From Elusimicrobiota bacterium (GTDB lineage: Bacteria > Elusimicrobiota > Elusimicrobia > 2-02-FULL-39-32): a stretch of DNA of 64,000 nt. The stretch is taken from assembly GCA_016180425.1 (NCBI GenBank), contig JACPBF010000005.1:25034-89033 (forward strand), in the 5' to 3' direction. The notes beneath the pieces are model-generated. The model did not search any database, was not told the origin of the DNA, and was given only the letters and a program-made list of their open reading frames with translations. The position numbers and the translations under genes are program-made. Each line of letters begins with the position of its first letter. Within the stretch, counting starts at the first letter, position 1. This document shows, piece by piece, positions 10,126 to 19,611 of this stretch.

Positions 10126-10228
10126 TAGACTCCTCCTATTTTAAAGAGATTGCTTATGTCCGACAACTTTTCCATTTATATTGAAGTCAATTTACATGAA
10201 ATAATATAGCATATAAAGTAAAATTTGT

Positions 10229-11407
10229 ATGGCAATGATTTTAGATAAAGATGTGATTGTGATTGGCGGTGGAGCCGCTGGTTTAATGTGCGCTATTGAA
10301 GCGGGCAAGAGAGGTCGTTCGACTCTAGTTTTGGAAAGGTCAGAAAAAGTTGGCAAGAAAATTCTTATTTCAGGGGGAGGCAGGTGTAACTTTACAAATC
10401 GGGATGCCTCCCCGCGCAATTTTATATCAGAGAACCCTCACTTTTGCAAGTCCGCATTGGCGCGCTTTACCCCTCAAGATTTTATCTCGCTGGTTGAAAA
10501 ACACGGCATCGCTTATCATGAGAAAAAGCTGGGTCAACTATTTTGCGATCAAAATTCCGATAAAATTATTCATTTGCTTGAGGAAGAATGTAAGGCTGCT
10601 AAAGTGGAAATTCGAGTGAATTCCACAATCTCCAAAATTGAGAGAAATCATCATTTTAAGATCCACACAAATTATGGCGTTTTAAAATCACAGTCGCTTG
10701 TGATCGCAACTGGAGGATTATCAATTCCTAAAATGGGAGCAACCCCATTCGGATATGAAATAGCAAAACATTTTGGTCTTAGCATAGTTTCCATGAGGCC
10801 GGCTCTAGTCCCATTTACATGGAACATCCAAGACTCTAAAATTTATAATGAATTAGCCGGGGTTTCTTTAGATGCAATTGTCCGCTGCGGCAATCAGGAA
10901 TTTCAGGAAAATATACTTTTTACGCACAAAGGATTGAGCGGCCCAGCCATCCTGCAAATTTCCAACTATTGGCAAAATGGACACCCAATCTTTATTGATC
11001 TTTTGCCCGGGAAAGATGTGATGGACGAATGTGTGGAAGCGCGCAGCCGCGGGATTGATCTTGTTAGGGCGCTGTCTAAACACCTGCCGCGCCGTTTTGT
11101 TCAGATATGGTGTAAACAAAACGTTCCTGCCAAACCGTTTAGCCATTGCACCGGCAAAGATCTAAAAGAAATCTCCGACCACCTGCACCGCTGGCAGGTG
11201 AATCCCAATGGAACAGAAGGATATGAGAAGGCAGAAGTGACCAGAGGAGGAGTGGATACAAAAGAATTTTCATCCCAAACCATGGAATGCAAAAAAATTC
11301 CGTCACTCTATTTCGTGGGAGAAGTGATGGATGTGACGGGCCAATTGGGAGGATACAATTTTCAATGGGCATGGGCTTCGGGCTTTACCGCGGGCCGGGT
11401 AGTTTAA
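10229..11407 (+). CDS. HI0933/BaiN-family NAD(P)/FAD-dependent flavoprotein
   Basis: VIVIGGGAAGLMCAIEAGKRG...KILISGGGRCNFTN and C-terminal GEVMDVTGQLGGYNFQWAWASG are hallmark HI0933-like motifs. Confidence 0.85.
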   Translation: MAMILDKDVIVIGGGAAGLMCAIEAGKRGRSTLVLERSEKVGKKILISGGGRCNFTNRDASPRNFISENPHFCKSALARFTPQDFISLVEKHGIAYHEKKLGQLFCDQNSDKIIHLLEEECKAAKVEIRVNSTISKIERNHHFKIHTNYGVLKSQSLVIATGGLSIPKMGATPFGYEIAKHFGLSIVSMRPALVPFTWNIQDSKIYNELAGVSLDAIVRCGNQEFQENILFTHKGLSGPAILQISNYWQNGHPIFIDLLPGKDVMDECVEARSRGIDLVRALSKHLPRRFVQIWCKQNVPAKPFSHCTGKDLKEISDHLHRWQVNPNGTEGYEKAEVTRGGVDTKEFSSQTMECKKIPSLYFVGEVMDVTGQLGGYNFQWAWASGFTAGRVV

Positions 11408-11425
11408 TTTTAGGAAAAGAACAAT

Positions 11426-12025
11426 TTATAATTTACCTGTAAAGTTATTAGGATTAATTTTCATTTTTTTTAGAACCTGCTTCAAGGTACGGATGGGAAG
11501 CCCAATAACGTTATCTAAATCCCCTTTTATATGTTTTATTAGCCGATCATTCATTTTTTGAATCGCATAGGAACCGGATTTATCCAAGTTTTTTTGAGCG
11601 TGGCGGGAAATAGTTTTTGAATCAATTTCATGAAAAAGAATTTTTGTTTTAGCGTAAGCGGTTTTCATTTTTGATTCTGGATTTTTTATTAGGCAAAGAC
11701 CAGTCATTACAGTTTGCCAGCGATTGGATAAGCTCTCCAGCATGCAGCGCGCGTGAGCGGTATTTTTTGGTTTCCCCAATATTTTTTTGTTACAAACCAC
11801 TAAGGTATCCGCCCCAAGAATTACACAATTCTTATTTTTAAATTTTTCAGCTATTGCTCTGGCTTTCTTAACTGCCAGGTTTTGCACAAGTTTTCGCGCC
11901 TGTTTATAATGGATGGTGTCCGCATCTGTTTCTTGAACGTTAGGAGGATAAATTGAGAAACGGAAACCGGCTTTACGCAAGAGTTTCCTTCTTTGAGGGG
12001 AGGCAGAAGCTAAAATTAATATCAA
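11426..12025 (-). CDS. maf: Maf-like nucleoside triphosphate pyrophosphatase
   Basis: ILASASPQRRKLL start, ...ILGADTLV..., and GSYAIQ near the C-terminus. 4-nt overlap with the upstream hemW-like gene. Confidence 0.85.
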   Translation of the reverse strand: MILILASASPQRRKLLRKAGFRFSIYPPNVQETDADTIHYKQARKLVQNLAVKKARAIAEKFKNKNCVILGADTLVVCNKKILGKPKNTAHARCMLESLSNRWQTVMTGLCLIKNPESKMKTAYAKTKILFHEIDSKTISRHAQKNLDKSGSYAIQKMNDRLIKHIKGDLDNVIGLPIRTLKQVLKKMKINPNNFTGKL

Positions 12026-13155
12026 AGCTCGTTTCCTATAAGAAGTTCCCTGTAAATAGTGTTGGATAAGAGCCAGCCTTTTTGTGACGATACAATGCGC
12101 TGGGCTTCTTTATGTTCCCGCGTAATTTGAAGAGTTCCTTCCGCAATAAGTTTTTTTAGAACAGGACCAAACTTAGAATTCATTTCTTCTGTAAAAAAGA
12201 TACCTTCCTTCATTCTTAAACCCAGCATCATTTTTTCCCGTAACCGATCTGTAGATCCAAGCCTTTCAACATTTATGATAGGCGATTTACCAGATTCTAA
12301 AGTTTCAATGTAATTCCAAAACCGGTCTGTGTTTTGATAGCGTTCAGTTCCATCATAACCGGCAGCGGAAACCCCGATGCCAATACAGGGATCATTTTTC
12401 CAATATTTGAGATTGTGACGGCATTGATAGCCCGGCAATGAATAACTGAATATCTCATAATGTTCATACCCTGCAAGCGCGGTTTGTTCCGAAGACCACT
12501 CATACATGTCTGCTTGCAGTTCTTGATCCGCCTCTACCCCGTCAAAATAAAAAGCGGATTTATTTTCAATATCTAGCGGGTACATGGAAAGATGTTCCGG
12601 GCGCAAATCCAATACTTTTTTAAGAGTCTGTTTCCAATTTTCCATGGTTTGACCGGGTAACCCAAAAATCAGATCCACATTTAAATTACTTAACTTTGAG
12701 TTTCGGCACAGGGAATAGGCTTTTAAAAAATTGACCCAAGAATGAGTTCTGCCAATTTTTTTAAGAAGAGCTTCATCAGAAGTTTGTAATCCTAAGCTGA
12801 GTCTGGTCACTCCTTCTTCACAGTAAGATTGAACTAATTCAGAGCTGATGTTTTCCGGATTGCACTCAATGGTAATTTCCATGTTGTCTTGAAGGATAAA
12901 GCGGGATTTAATATTTTTCATAATCCCCTTCCAATTTTCTGGAGATAAAATAGAGGGGGTGCCGCCGCCAAAATAAATGGTGTCAATGGCGCGATCTTGA
13001 TAGAAAACCATCTCTTTATTTAGAGACTCAAGGTATCGGGCGATTTGTTTAAGAAGACCTGGAAAAACAGCAAAAGCGCAGTACCTGCATTTCACTTGGC
13101 AAAAAGGGATATGGATATATAACCCTGCGGGCTTAGGTTTTGCAATTGAGGCCAT
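12022..13155 (-). CDS. hemW: radical SAM family heme chaperone HemW (HemN-like, oxygen-independent coproporphyrinogen oxidase family)
   Basis: LYIHIPFCQVKCRYCAF (CxxxCxxC radical SAM motif), GGGTPS, and a length of 377 aa. Confidence 0.85.
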   Translation of the reverse strand: MASIAKPKPAGLYIHIPFCQVKCRYCAFAVFPGLLKQIARYLESLNKEMVFYQDRAIDTIYFGGGTPSILSPENWKGIMKNIKSRFILQDNMEITIECNPENISSELVQSYCEEGVTRLSLGLQTSDEALLKKIGRTHSWVNFLKAYSLCRNSKLSNLNVDLIFGLPGQTMENWKQTLKKVLDLRPEHLSMYPLDIENKSAFYFDGVEADQELQADMYEWSSEQTALAGYEHYEIFSYSLPGYQCRHNLKYWKNDPCIGIGVSAAGYDGTERYQNTDRFWNYIETLESGKSPIINVERLGSTDRLREKMMLGLRMKEGIFFTEEMNSKFGPVLKKLIAEGTLQITREHKEAQRIVSSQKGWLLSNTIYRELLIGNEL

Positions 13156-13210
13156 ATAAGATTATAGTAGTTCTTTTGGCGTGTTGAGAAGAAACGTGAT
13201 AAAATAGTTT

Positions 13211-14533
13211 ATGCTTTTCGAGCGTTTTTTTGCTTTATCTCAAAATCGCACTAACCTGCGCACAGAAATTGTTGGAGGTCTAACAACCTTCATGACCATG
13301 TCCTACATTATTTTTGTGAATCCAGCGATTTTGTCAAAAGCCGGCATTCCGTTTGAAGCAACTGTTACAGCCACTGCTTGGTCCGCTGGACTTATAACCT
13401 TACTGATGGGTCTGTGGACGAATTATCCGATTGCTTTGGCTTCTGGAATGGGACTAAACGCAGCGCTAACTTATAATATTGTGCTGGGAATGAATGTGCC
13501 TTGGCAAACAGCAATGGGTGTGATTGTTGTAGAAGGGTTGCTTGTAACCGGGTTAGTTCTGACAAATATACGAGAAAAGGTGATGGATGCAATTCCTTTT
13601 TCACTTAAACGAGCCATTGGCAGCGGCATTGGACTATTTATTGCTTTTATTGGCTTAAAAGACGCTGGTTTTGTGGTTTCTCATTCTGCAACTTTTGTAA
13701 CCATAGGAAATTTTAAGGAAACAGCAGTTTGGCTTTCAGTGTTAGGGCTAATGATTTCCGTGGCTCTTCTTTTAAAAAGAGTTCGCGGCGCTTTGTTTTT
13801 TGGAATGATTGTAACAGCTGGAACAGCTTTTGTTTTTCAGCTATTTAATAAACCTTCTCACTTTATTTCTTTGCCCTCATTTCCATCCACATTTTTTCAG
13901 TGCGATATTCGTTCAGCTTTAACTTGGAGTTTAGCTCCTTTAATTTTTTCCTTTTTTATGATGGATTTTTTTGACACCATGGGGACTACCATTGCTCTAG
14001 CTGAACAAGGGGGATTTCTAACTCAAGAAGGGAAAGTTCCAAAACTTCAGAGAGTGCTCCTAGTAGATTCTTTTGGAGCGGTCTTAGGCGGTCTTTCCTC
14101 TGCAAGTTCTGTTACAGCTTATATAGAATCAGCCAGCGGCATTGCAGAAGGAGCGCGCACAGGTCTCTCCAGCATTATAGTGGCGATCTGTTTTTTTATA
14201 GCCCCATTTTTTACCCCTGTTGTTCAGATGATTGGAGGCGGCGTGCCAACTGCGATGGGCAACTTAAATCCAGTGACTGCGCCTGCCTTGATCCTGGTTG
14301 GTTTTTTGATGATGCAGTTAATTGCAGATATTCGATGGAGAGAGCTTGAAGAGGGTTTTCCAGCTTTTGTGACTTTGGTAGGAATGCCGCTTACTTTTTC
14401 CATTTCTCATGGCATTGGTTTTGGCTTTATTTCCTTTACGCTGATTAAAATTTTTCAGAACAAGGCAAAAGAGGTCTCGTTGCTTATGTATGCAAGCTCA
14501 ATTCTATTTATGATCAGTTTTGTATTAGGTTAA
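13211..14533 (+). CDS. NCS2/AzgA-family purine (adenine/guanine/hypoxanthine) permease
   Basis: FERFFALSQNRTNLRTEIVGGLTTFMTMSYIIFVNPAILSKAG is the characteristic N-terminus. Multi-pass hydrophobic protein of 440 aa. Confidence 0.85.
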   Translation: MLFERFFALSQNRTNLRTEIVGGLTTFMTMSYIIFVNPAILSKAGIPFEATVTATAWSAGLITLLMGLWTNYPIALASGMGLNAALTYNIVLGMNVPWQTAMGVIVVEGLLVTGLVLTNIREKVMDAIPFSLKRAIGSGIGLFIAFIGLKDAGFVVSHSATFVTIGNFKETAVWLSVLGLMISVALLLKRVRGALFFGMIVTAGTAFVFQLFNKPSHFISLPSFPSTFFQCDIRSALTWSLAPLIFSFFMMDFFDTMGTTIALAEQGGFLTQEGKVPKLQRVLLVDSFGAVLGGLSSASSVTAYIESASGIAEGARTGLSSIIVAICFFIAPFFTPVVQMIGGGVPTAMGNLNPVTAPALILVGFLMMQLIADIRWRELEEGFPAFVTLVGMPLTFSISHGIGFGFISFTLIKIFQNKAKEVSLLMYASSILFMISFVLG

Positions 14534-14722
14534 AATAAGGAGGATGGTCTAAAACGTGTTGTGGATAAATGATTCTTAAGAAATTTTGTTATAGGCTATT
14601 GCATTATTATCTTAAGAAATTCTAAAATAATATGTTCATTGGCAGTAAAGAAAGCCGACAGTTTAAATCAGAATGTCAGCGATAAAAATATGTAACTATA
14701 TGAGTTTAAAAGTGAGGAGAAT

Positions 14723-16882
14723 ATGAGTACAAAACAGAATGTTGAAAAATTAATTGCGGATATTAATCAGAAGGCGGGGAAAAAAATGAGCATAGCTAAT
14801 TTATTCGGCAGCAATGTTTTTAATGATAGTGTCATGAAAAAAATGTTGCCCAAACAAATTCATGCGGAACTTAAAAAAGTACAGGCAGGGGAGGCTAAAC
14901 TAACTTTGGAAGTAGCCAATGTGGTTGCGGAAGCGATGAAGGATTGGGCTATTTCTAAAGGGGCCAGTCATTATACCCATTGGTTTCAGCCTTTAACTGG
15001 AAAGACTGCTGAGAAGCATGATTCTTTTCTTTCTCCTCAACCGGATGGCTCTGCCATTGCTGAATTTTCTGGAAAACAGCTTATTCAAGGAGAACCGGAT
15101 GCATCTTCTTTCCCTTCAGGCGGATTACGTACTACTTTTGAAGCCCGCGGTTATACAGCATGGGACTGCACCTCTCCTGCTTTCCTTAAAGAAGATGCGG
15201 CAGGCGATGTTACTTTATGTATTCCCACAGCATTTTGTTCCTATAATGGGGAGGCTTTAGACAAAAAAACTCCATTGCTCCGTTCCATGGAAGCTATTTC
15301 TAAACAGGCTTTGCGGGTGCTGGCAGCTTTGGGAAATAAAACCTCAAAAAGAGTTACTTCCACGGTGGGTCCTGAACAGGAATATTTTTTAATTGATAAA
15401 ACTTTTTTTGATCAAAGGATTGACCTGATTGTTACTGGCCGCACTCTTTTTGGCGCTCCATCCCCAAAAGGACAAGAATTAGAAGATCAATATTTTGGCG
15501 CTATTAAAGATAGAATCTCTAAGTTTATGAAGGAGCTGGATATTGAGCTTTGGAAAATAGGCATCTCTTCCAAAACTAAACACAATGAAGTGGCTCCAGC
15601 TCAATATGAAATGGCTCCTATATTTTCTACTACTAATATAGCTGCGGACCACAACCAACTGGTAATGGAAACCATGCAGAAAGTTGCATTGAGAAATGGT
15701 CTAGTCTGTTTGCTTTTTGAAAAGCCGTTTGCAGGGGTGAATGGATCTGGCAAACATAATAACTGGTCGCTCGCTACTGACGATGGCATTAATTTACTTG
15801 ATCCAGGACACACGCCGCATGAAAATGAAATCTTTTTAACATTTCTTTCCGCAGTCTTAATGGCTGTAGATACACATGCGGATAAGCTGCGCGCAGGCGC
15901 TGCAAATCCCGGCAATGATTTGCGTTTAGGCGCTAATGAAGCTCCACCAGCTATTATTTCTGTTTTCCTTGGAACGTTTCTAACCCAGCTGTTAGATAAT
16001 ATGTCAAAAGGTAAAGCAACTCGGGCTAAAGGCCAACAGTTTTTGAATATTGGCGTAGATTCTTTGCCCTCGCTGCCTTTAGATAATACGGATCGTAACC
16101 GCACCTCTCCTTTTGCTTTTACCGGCAATAAATTTGAGTTCCGCATGGTTGCTTCTTCCGCCTCCATTGCAGGTCCTAACACAGTGTTAAACACCATTGT
16201 GGCGGAATCTTTAGATGAAATTGCAACCCGTCTGGAAAAAGCCAAAGATGTCAACAAAGAAGTTGCTGCTATTGTAAAAGGCACTTGGCAGAAACATAGT
16301 CGCGTGGTTTTTAATGGCAATAATTATGCGGAATCATGGCTTAAAGAAGCAACCAAACGTGGATTGCCCAATATTCGTTCTTCAGCAGAAGCGTATGCAA
16401 CTATGGCAAATAAGAACGCAATAGAGCTTTTTGAAAAATATAATGTGCTTTCCAGAAAAGAGCTGCATTCTCGTTATGAAATTTATCTGGAACAATATGC
16501 CAAACATATCAATATCGAGGCTAGAGCAGCGATCCAAATGTCGAAAACTCAGTATATTCCTCAAGTGATTGCTTATACTAACGAGCTAGCTGATACCATT
16601 AATAAGCTAAAATCTGCTGGCGCTGATAGTTCAGTGCAAACTAATCTTTTGGAAAAAATTTCTGCGCTGCTTAGCTCTGCGAGTAATAAGCTTGCGGTTT
16701 TAGAAACTAATACAGATAAGGCTTCTAATATTGGGAACATGGAGAAAAAAGCAGCGGCTTACCGAGATACTGTGTTCACAGCTCAGGCAGAATTGCGGCA
16801 AGATATTGACGCGTTGGAACAACTGCTTCCAAAAGATTTGTGGCCAGTGCCCACATACGCGGACATGTTGTTTAACTTTTAG
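14723..16882 (+). CDS. glnN: glutamine synthetase type III
   Basis: 719 aa. The N-terminal [17 protein letters not shown] region and core [10 protein letters not shown]...[11 protein letters not shown]...GSGKHNNWS match GSIII. Confidence 0.9.
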   Translation: MSTKQNVEKLIADINQKAGKKMSIANLFGSNVFNDSVMKKMLPKQIHAELKKVQAGEAKLTLEVANVVAEAMKDWAISKGASHYTHWFQPLTGKTAEKHDSFLSPQPDGSAIAEFSGKQLIQGEPDASSFPSGGLRTTFEARGYTAWDCTSPAFLKEDAAGDVTLCIPTAFCSYNGEALDKKTPLLRSMEAISKQALRVLAALGNKTSKRVTSTVGPEQEYFLIDKTFFDQRIDLIVTGRTLFGAPSPKGQELEDQYFGAIKDRISKFMKELDIELWKIGISSKTKHNEVAPAQYEMAPIFSTTNIAADHNQLVMETMQKVALRNGLVCLLFEKPFAGVNGSGKHNNWSLATDDGINLLDPGHTPHENEIFLTFLSAVLMAVDTHADKLRAGAANPGNDLRLGANEAPPAIISVFLGTFLTQLLDNMSKGKATRAKGQQFLNIGVDSLPSLPLDNTDRNRTSPFAFTGNKFEFRMVASSASIAGPNTVLNTIVAESLDEIATRLEKAKDVNKEVAAIVKGTWQKHSRVVFNGNNYAESWLKEATKRGLPNIRSSAEAYATMANKNAIELFEKYNVLSRKELHSRYEIYLEQYAKHINIEARAAIQMSKTQYIPQVIAYTNELADTINKLKSAGADSSVQTNLLEKISALLSSASNKLAVLETNTDKASNIGNMEKKAAAYRDTVFTAQAELRQDIDALEQLLPKDLWPVPTYADMLFNF

Positions 16883-16911
16883 AATTAGACTTTATTCTTC
16901 AGTTATAAAAA

Positions 16912-16949
16912 GGGCAGTTCCTTAAAGAAAAGAGGAGCTGCCCTTTTTT
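16912..16949 (+). terminator. rho-independent terminator downstream of glnN
   Basis: GGGCAGTTCC (16912-16921) pairs with GGAGCTGCCC (16934-16943), including one G-U pair, followed by TTTTTT. Confidence 0.7.
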
Positions 16950-16955
16950 AATCTT

Positions 16956-17747
16956 ATGAAAAATTTTTTAGATGCGGTGATATTAGGGGTCGTGGAGGGA
17001 TTAACGGAATTTATTCCGGTCTCTTCTACAGGCCATCTAATTGTGGTGGGGAATCTTTTAAATTTTAAAGGATCGCTTGCTGATAGCTTTGAAGTGTTTA
17101 TTCAGTTAGGCGCGATTTGCGCGGTTTTAGTTATTTATAGAAAAATATTTTTTAGTTTGTTTCAATTTGATAAAAAAGAGAGTTTTTCAGGAAGAAAAGG
17201 CATGGCTCTTTTAATGCTTACAACTATTCCTGCTTTAATTTTAGGAGCTGCGGCTCATGGCGCAATCAAAAAATATCTTTTTAATCCCCAGACTGTGAGC
17301 ATTGGTTTAGGTTTAGGCGGGATAGCACTTTTGGCAGTGGAACGCTATTTGCCTCAATCCAAAAAATTAGGACTGGACGCTTTAACTTATAGGGACGCAA
17401 TTTTAATTGGATTTTTTCAGTGTTTATCTCTCTGGCCCGGGATGTCTAGATCTGCTTGCACGATTTTAGGCGCCATGTTGCTGCAAGTGGAAAGAAAAAC
17501 AGCAGTGGAATATTCTTTTCTTGCCGCTGTGCCTGTAATGTTTGCCGCCACATTTTATGATCTATATAAAAGTTATTCTTTATTTTCTTCAGAATTTCTT
17601 CTTATCTTTGCAGTGGGTTTTATAGTTTCCTTTGTTTCTGCCTGGATCTCTTTAAAATTTTTCTTGAGATTAATTTCCTTCCATACCCTCATTCCTTTTG
17701 GATGGTATAGAATCTTTATTGCCCCTTTAATCCAAATATTTCATTAA
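16956..17747 (+). CDS. uppP: undecaprenyl-diphosphate phosphatase
   Basis: GVVEGLTEFIPVSSTGHL and PGMSRSACTI motifs of BacA/UppP; 263-aa polytopic membrane protein. Confidence 0.9.
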   Translation: MKNFLDAVILGVVEGLTEFIPVSSTGHLIVVGNLLNFKGSLADSFEVFIQLGAICAVLVIYRKIFFSLFQFDKKESFSGRKGMALLMLTTIPALILGAAAHGAIKKYLFNPQTVSIGLGLGGIALLAVERYLPQSKKLGLDALTYRDAILIGFFQCLSLWPGMSRSACTILGAMLLQVERKTAVEYSFLAAVPVMFAATFYDLYKSYSLFSSEFLLIFAVGFIVSFVSAWISLKFFLRLISFHTLIPFGWYRIFIAPLIQIFH

Positions 17748-17930
17748 CCCGAATCATTCAGTTGGATTGTGGAATTCGATTTTCGAAAAAATGTCCTAAT
17801 AAAATGATTCATTCTATTTAATCTTCTCCCGCCATTGTAGGCACAGATGAATTGTTGGATAGTCAGACACATGATCTTTCAAATTCAAAGATCAAGATTA
17901 GAAAAATCCAAAGAAAAGTTGATACTGAAA

Positions 17931-17959
17931 AGTGTAATATGTTACACTTACCAGTGTAA
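17931..17959. promoter_or_regulatory. candidate operator: inverted repeat plus a third half-site just upstream of the MNT/HEPN pair
   Basis: AGTGTAA (17931-17937) and TTACACT (17942-17948) are inverted. A third AGTGTAA lies at 17953-17959, ending 2 nt before the ATG at 17962. Confidence 0.35.
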
Positions 17960-17961
17960 AT

Positions 17962-18507
17962 ATGATATCCCTTAAATCGGTCATTACGAGAAAAATTCTA
18001 AATTACTTCTTTTTAAACCCACAGGAAGATCTCTACGTCAATGAGATTGAAAGAAAGCTTCATCTGGACAAAAGAAATCTTATTAAGAAAATCAGAGAGT
18101 TGGAATCACAAGGGTTTTTAAACCATGAAGCGCGAGGAAATTTAAAGCTTTATTCTATTAATCAGAATCACCCTCTTTATGCGGAATATCGAAAAATTGT
18201 TTTATCAACAGTTGGCTTTGAGGATCAATTAAAAACAATTCTTAAGACAAGAAAAGACATTCAGGAAGCTTATCTCTATGGTTCCTACCCCCAAAATGCT
18301 ATGGATTCTAGTAGCGATATAGATTTGCTTATTGTAAGTAAAGGAAGCGCAATCTCTCTACAAAAGAGTTTAAGTCCATTACAAAAAGAAATTCAACGAG
18401 AGATTAACGTTATCAACATGGACGAACAAGAATTCAAGAGAAGAATACAAAAAAAAGATTCATTTCTGTCTCAAGTACTAAAGCAAAAACATATTAAACT
18501 AATATAA
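17962..18507 (+). CDS. wHTH + minimal nucleotidyltransferase (MNT-type antitoxin-like)
   Basis: Nucleotidyltransferase signature LYGSYPQNAMDSSSDIDLLIV (GS...DxD). The N-terminal ~70 aa are winged-helix-like. The stop abuts the next gene's start. Confidence 0.65.
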   Translation: MISLKSVITRKILNYFFLNPQEDLYVNEIERKLHLDKRNLIKKIRELESQGFLNHEARGNLKLYSINQNHPLYAEYRKIVLSTVGFEDQLKTILKTRKDIQEAYLYGSYPQNAMDSSSDIDLLIVSKGSAISLQKSLSPLQKEIQREINVINMDEQEFKRRIQKKDSFLSQVLKQKHIKLI

Positions 18508-18953
18508 TGGAATTTGAAGAGAAATATTTTAAAGAGCTCAAATTTAGTAAGGATCAGATAGCGGGTTGTTTAAATAACGCCTTAAGGGATTTGGATATTG
18601 CTAAATCAGATAAGATCCTTGAAGTTAAATTCAATTATTCCTATACAGCATTGATTAAGTCCGGGATTACACTTTTAATGGTGCGGAATAAAAAAGTGCG
18701 AAGCGCACCAGGTCATCACATGATGATTATAGAGAAAATGTCTAAGATTCTTTCAGATGATTCTATTGAAGTCATAGGTAATGCGATGAGAACAAAAAGA
18801 AATATTGATTTATATGCGGGTGGCATTGAAATTTCTGAAAAAGAGTGTAAGGAGTATTTGGAATTTGTTCGAGAAGTAATTGAGAAGGTTAAGAATGATG
18901 TAAAAAGTGGACACTTTTTGGACACTAAGCGATTCCCATCCAACAAAATATAG
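18507..18953 (+). CDS. HEPN-domain protein (toxin-like partner of the MNT gene)
   Basis: R-x4-H motif in VRSAPGHH, a downstream RTKRNIDLY helix, alpha-helical composition, and an ATG that directly abuts the MNT gene's stop codon (TAATG). Confidence 0.5.
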   Translation: MEFEEKYFKELKFSKDQIAGCLNNALRDLDIAKSDKILEVKFNYSYTALIKSGITLLMVRNKKVRSAPGHHMMIIEKMSKILSDDSIEVIGNAMRTKRNIDLYAGGIEISEKECKEYLEFVREVIEKVKNDVKSGHFLDTKRFPSNKI

Positions 18954-19611
18954 ACGTCATCGCCCTGTTTGTCTGAATCATCTACAGAGATAATCTGTTC
19001 TCCACCAGATTTAGTGACTTCTTCAAAAAACGCGGTTGGATTTGTTTTTAGATAGTGAATCATAGTCTCTATAATTTTTATCTTATGCGGATTAAACCTC
19101 TGTTCATTCAAATGATCTCCCACCTCTTTTCTTCTCTCATCTCCCGCGCTTTTGCTTAACCCTGATACTGCTCCTGCTTCCACCTTTAGTCCTGCCTGCT
19201 CTCCTGTCTGGGTTCCAGTCTCAGCCGCCCTTTCATCCAAACTCATTTCCAGTTCAACCCGTATTTGCTTTTGTATCTGTACTGTTCAGTCTAGAATGCG
19301 TTCATTTCGACGAGAACCCGAAGGGCAGCGTGCCACGGGCTTGCTCGTGGGTATCTATGATCGAAGCTCAGGCGAGGTTGTATACTCTGGAATTGAAATA
19401 CATAAAATGAATTCGCTGATTTAAAAAATCAACGAATTATTTGCGAGAACTGTGAGAAATTTCAACTAAAAAAGGGATTGCACCTTGAACTGGCATCAAA
19501 TTTGTTACAAAAACGTTACAGTTTGTTTAAGAAAAGTTTCGCTAAGACCATTATATTTATGCCATAGGGAAAATGGTTTAAGAAAAAAGATTGAAATGAA
19601 GTTTAAATTAG

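Noticed and set aside
15601-16320. 239-aa minus-strand ORF inside glnN.
   Set aside because: It is antisense to a clearly homologous GSIII gene and has no motifs of its own.
18716-18953. The 3' two-thirds of minus-strand ORF 18716-19246, overlapping the HEPN gene.
   Set aside because: It is antisense to a gene whose start abuts its MNT partner's stop, and its translation is low-complexity. Only the non-overlapping 5' part is considered (see findings).
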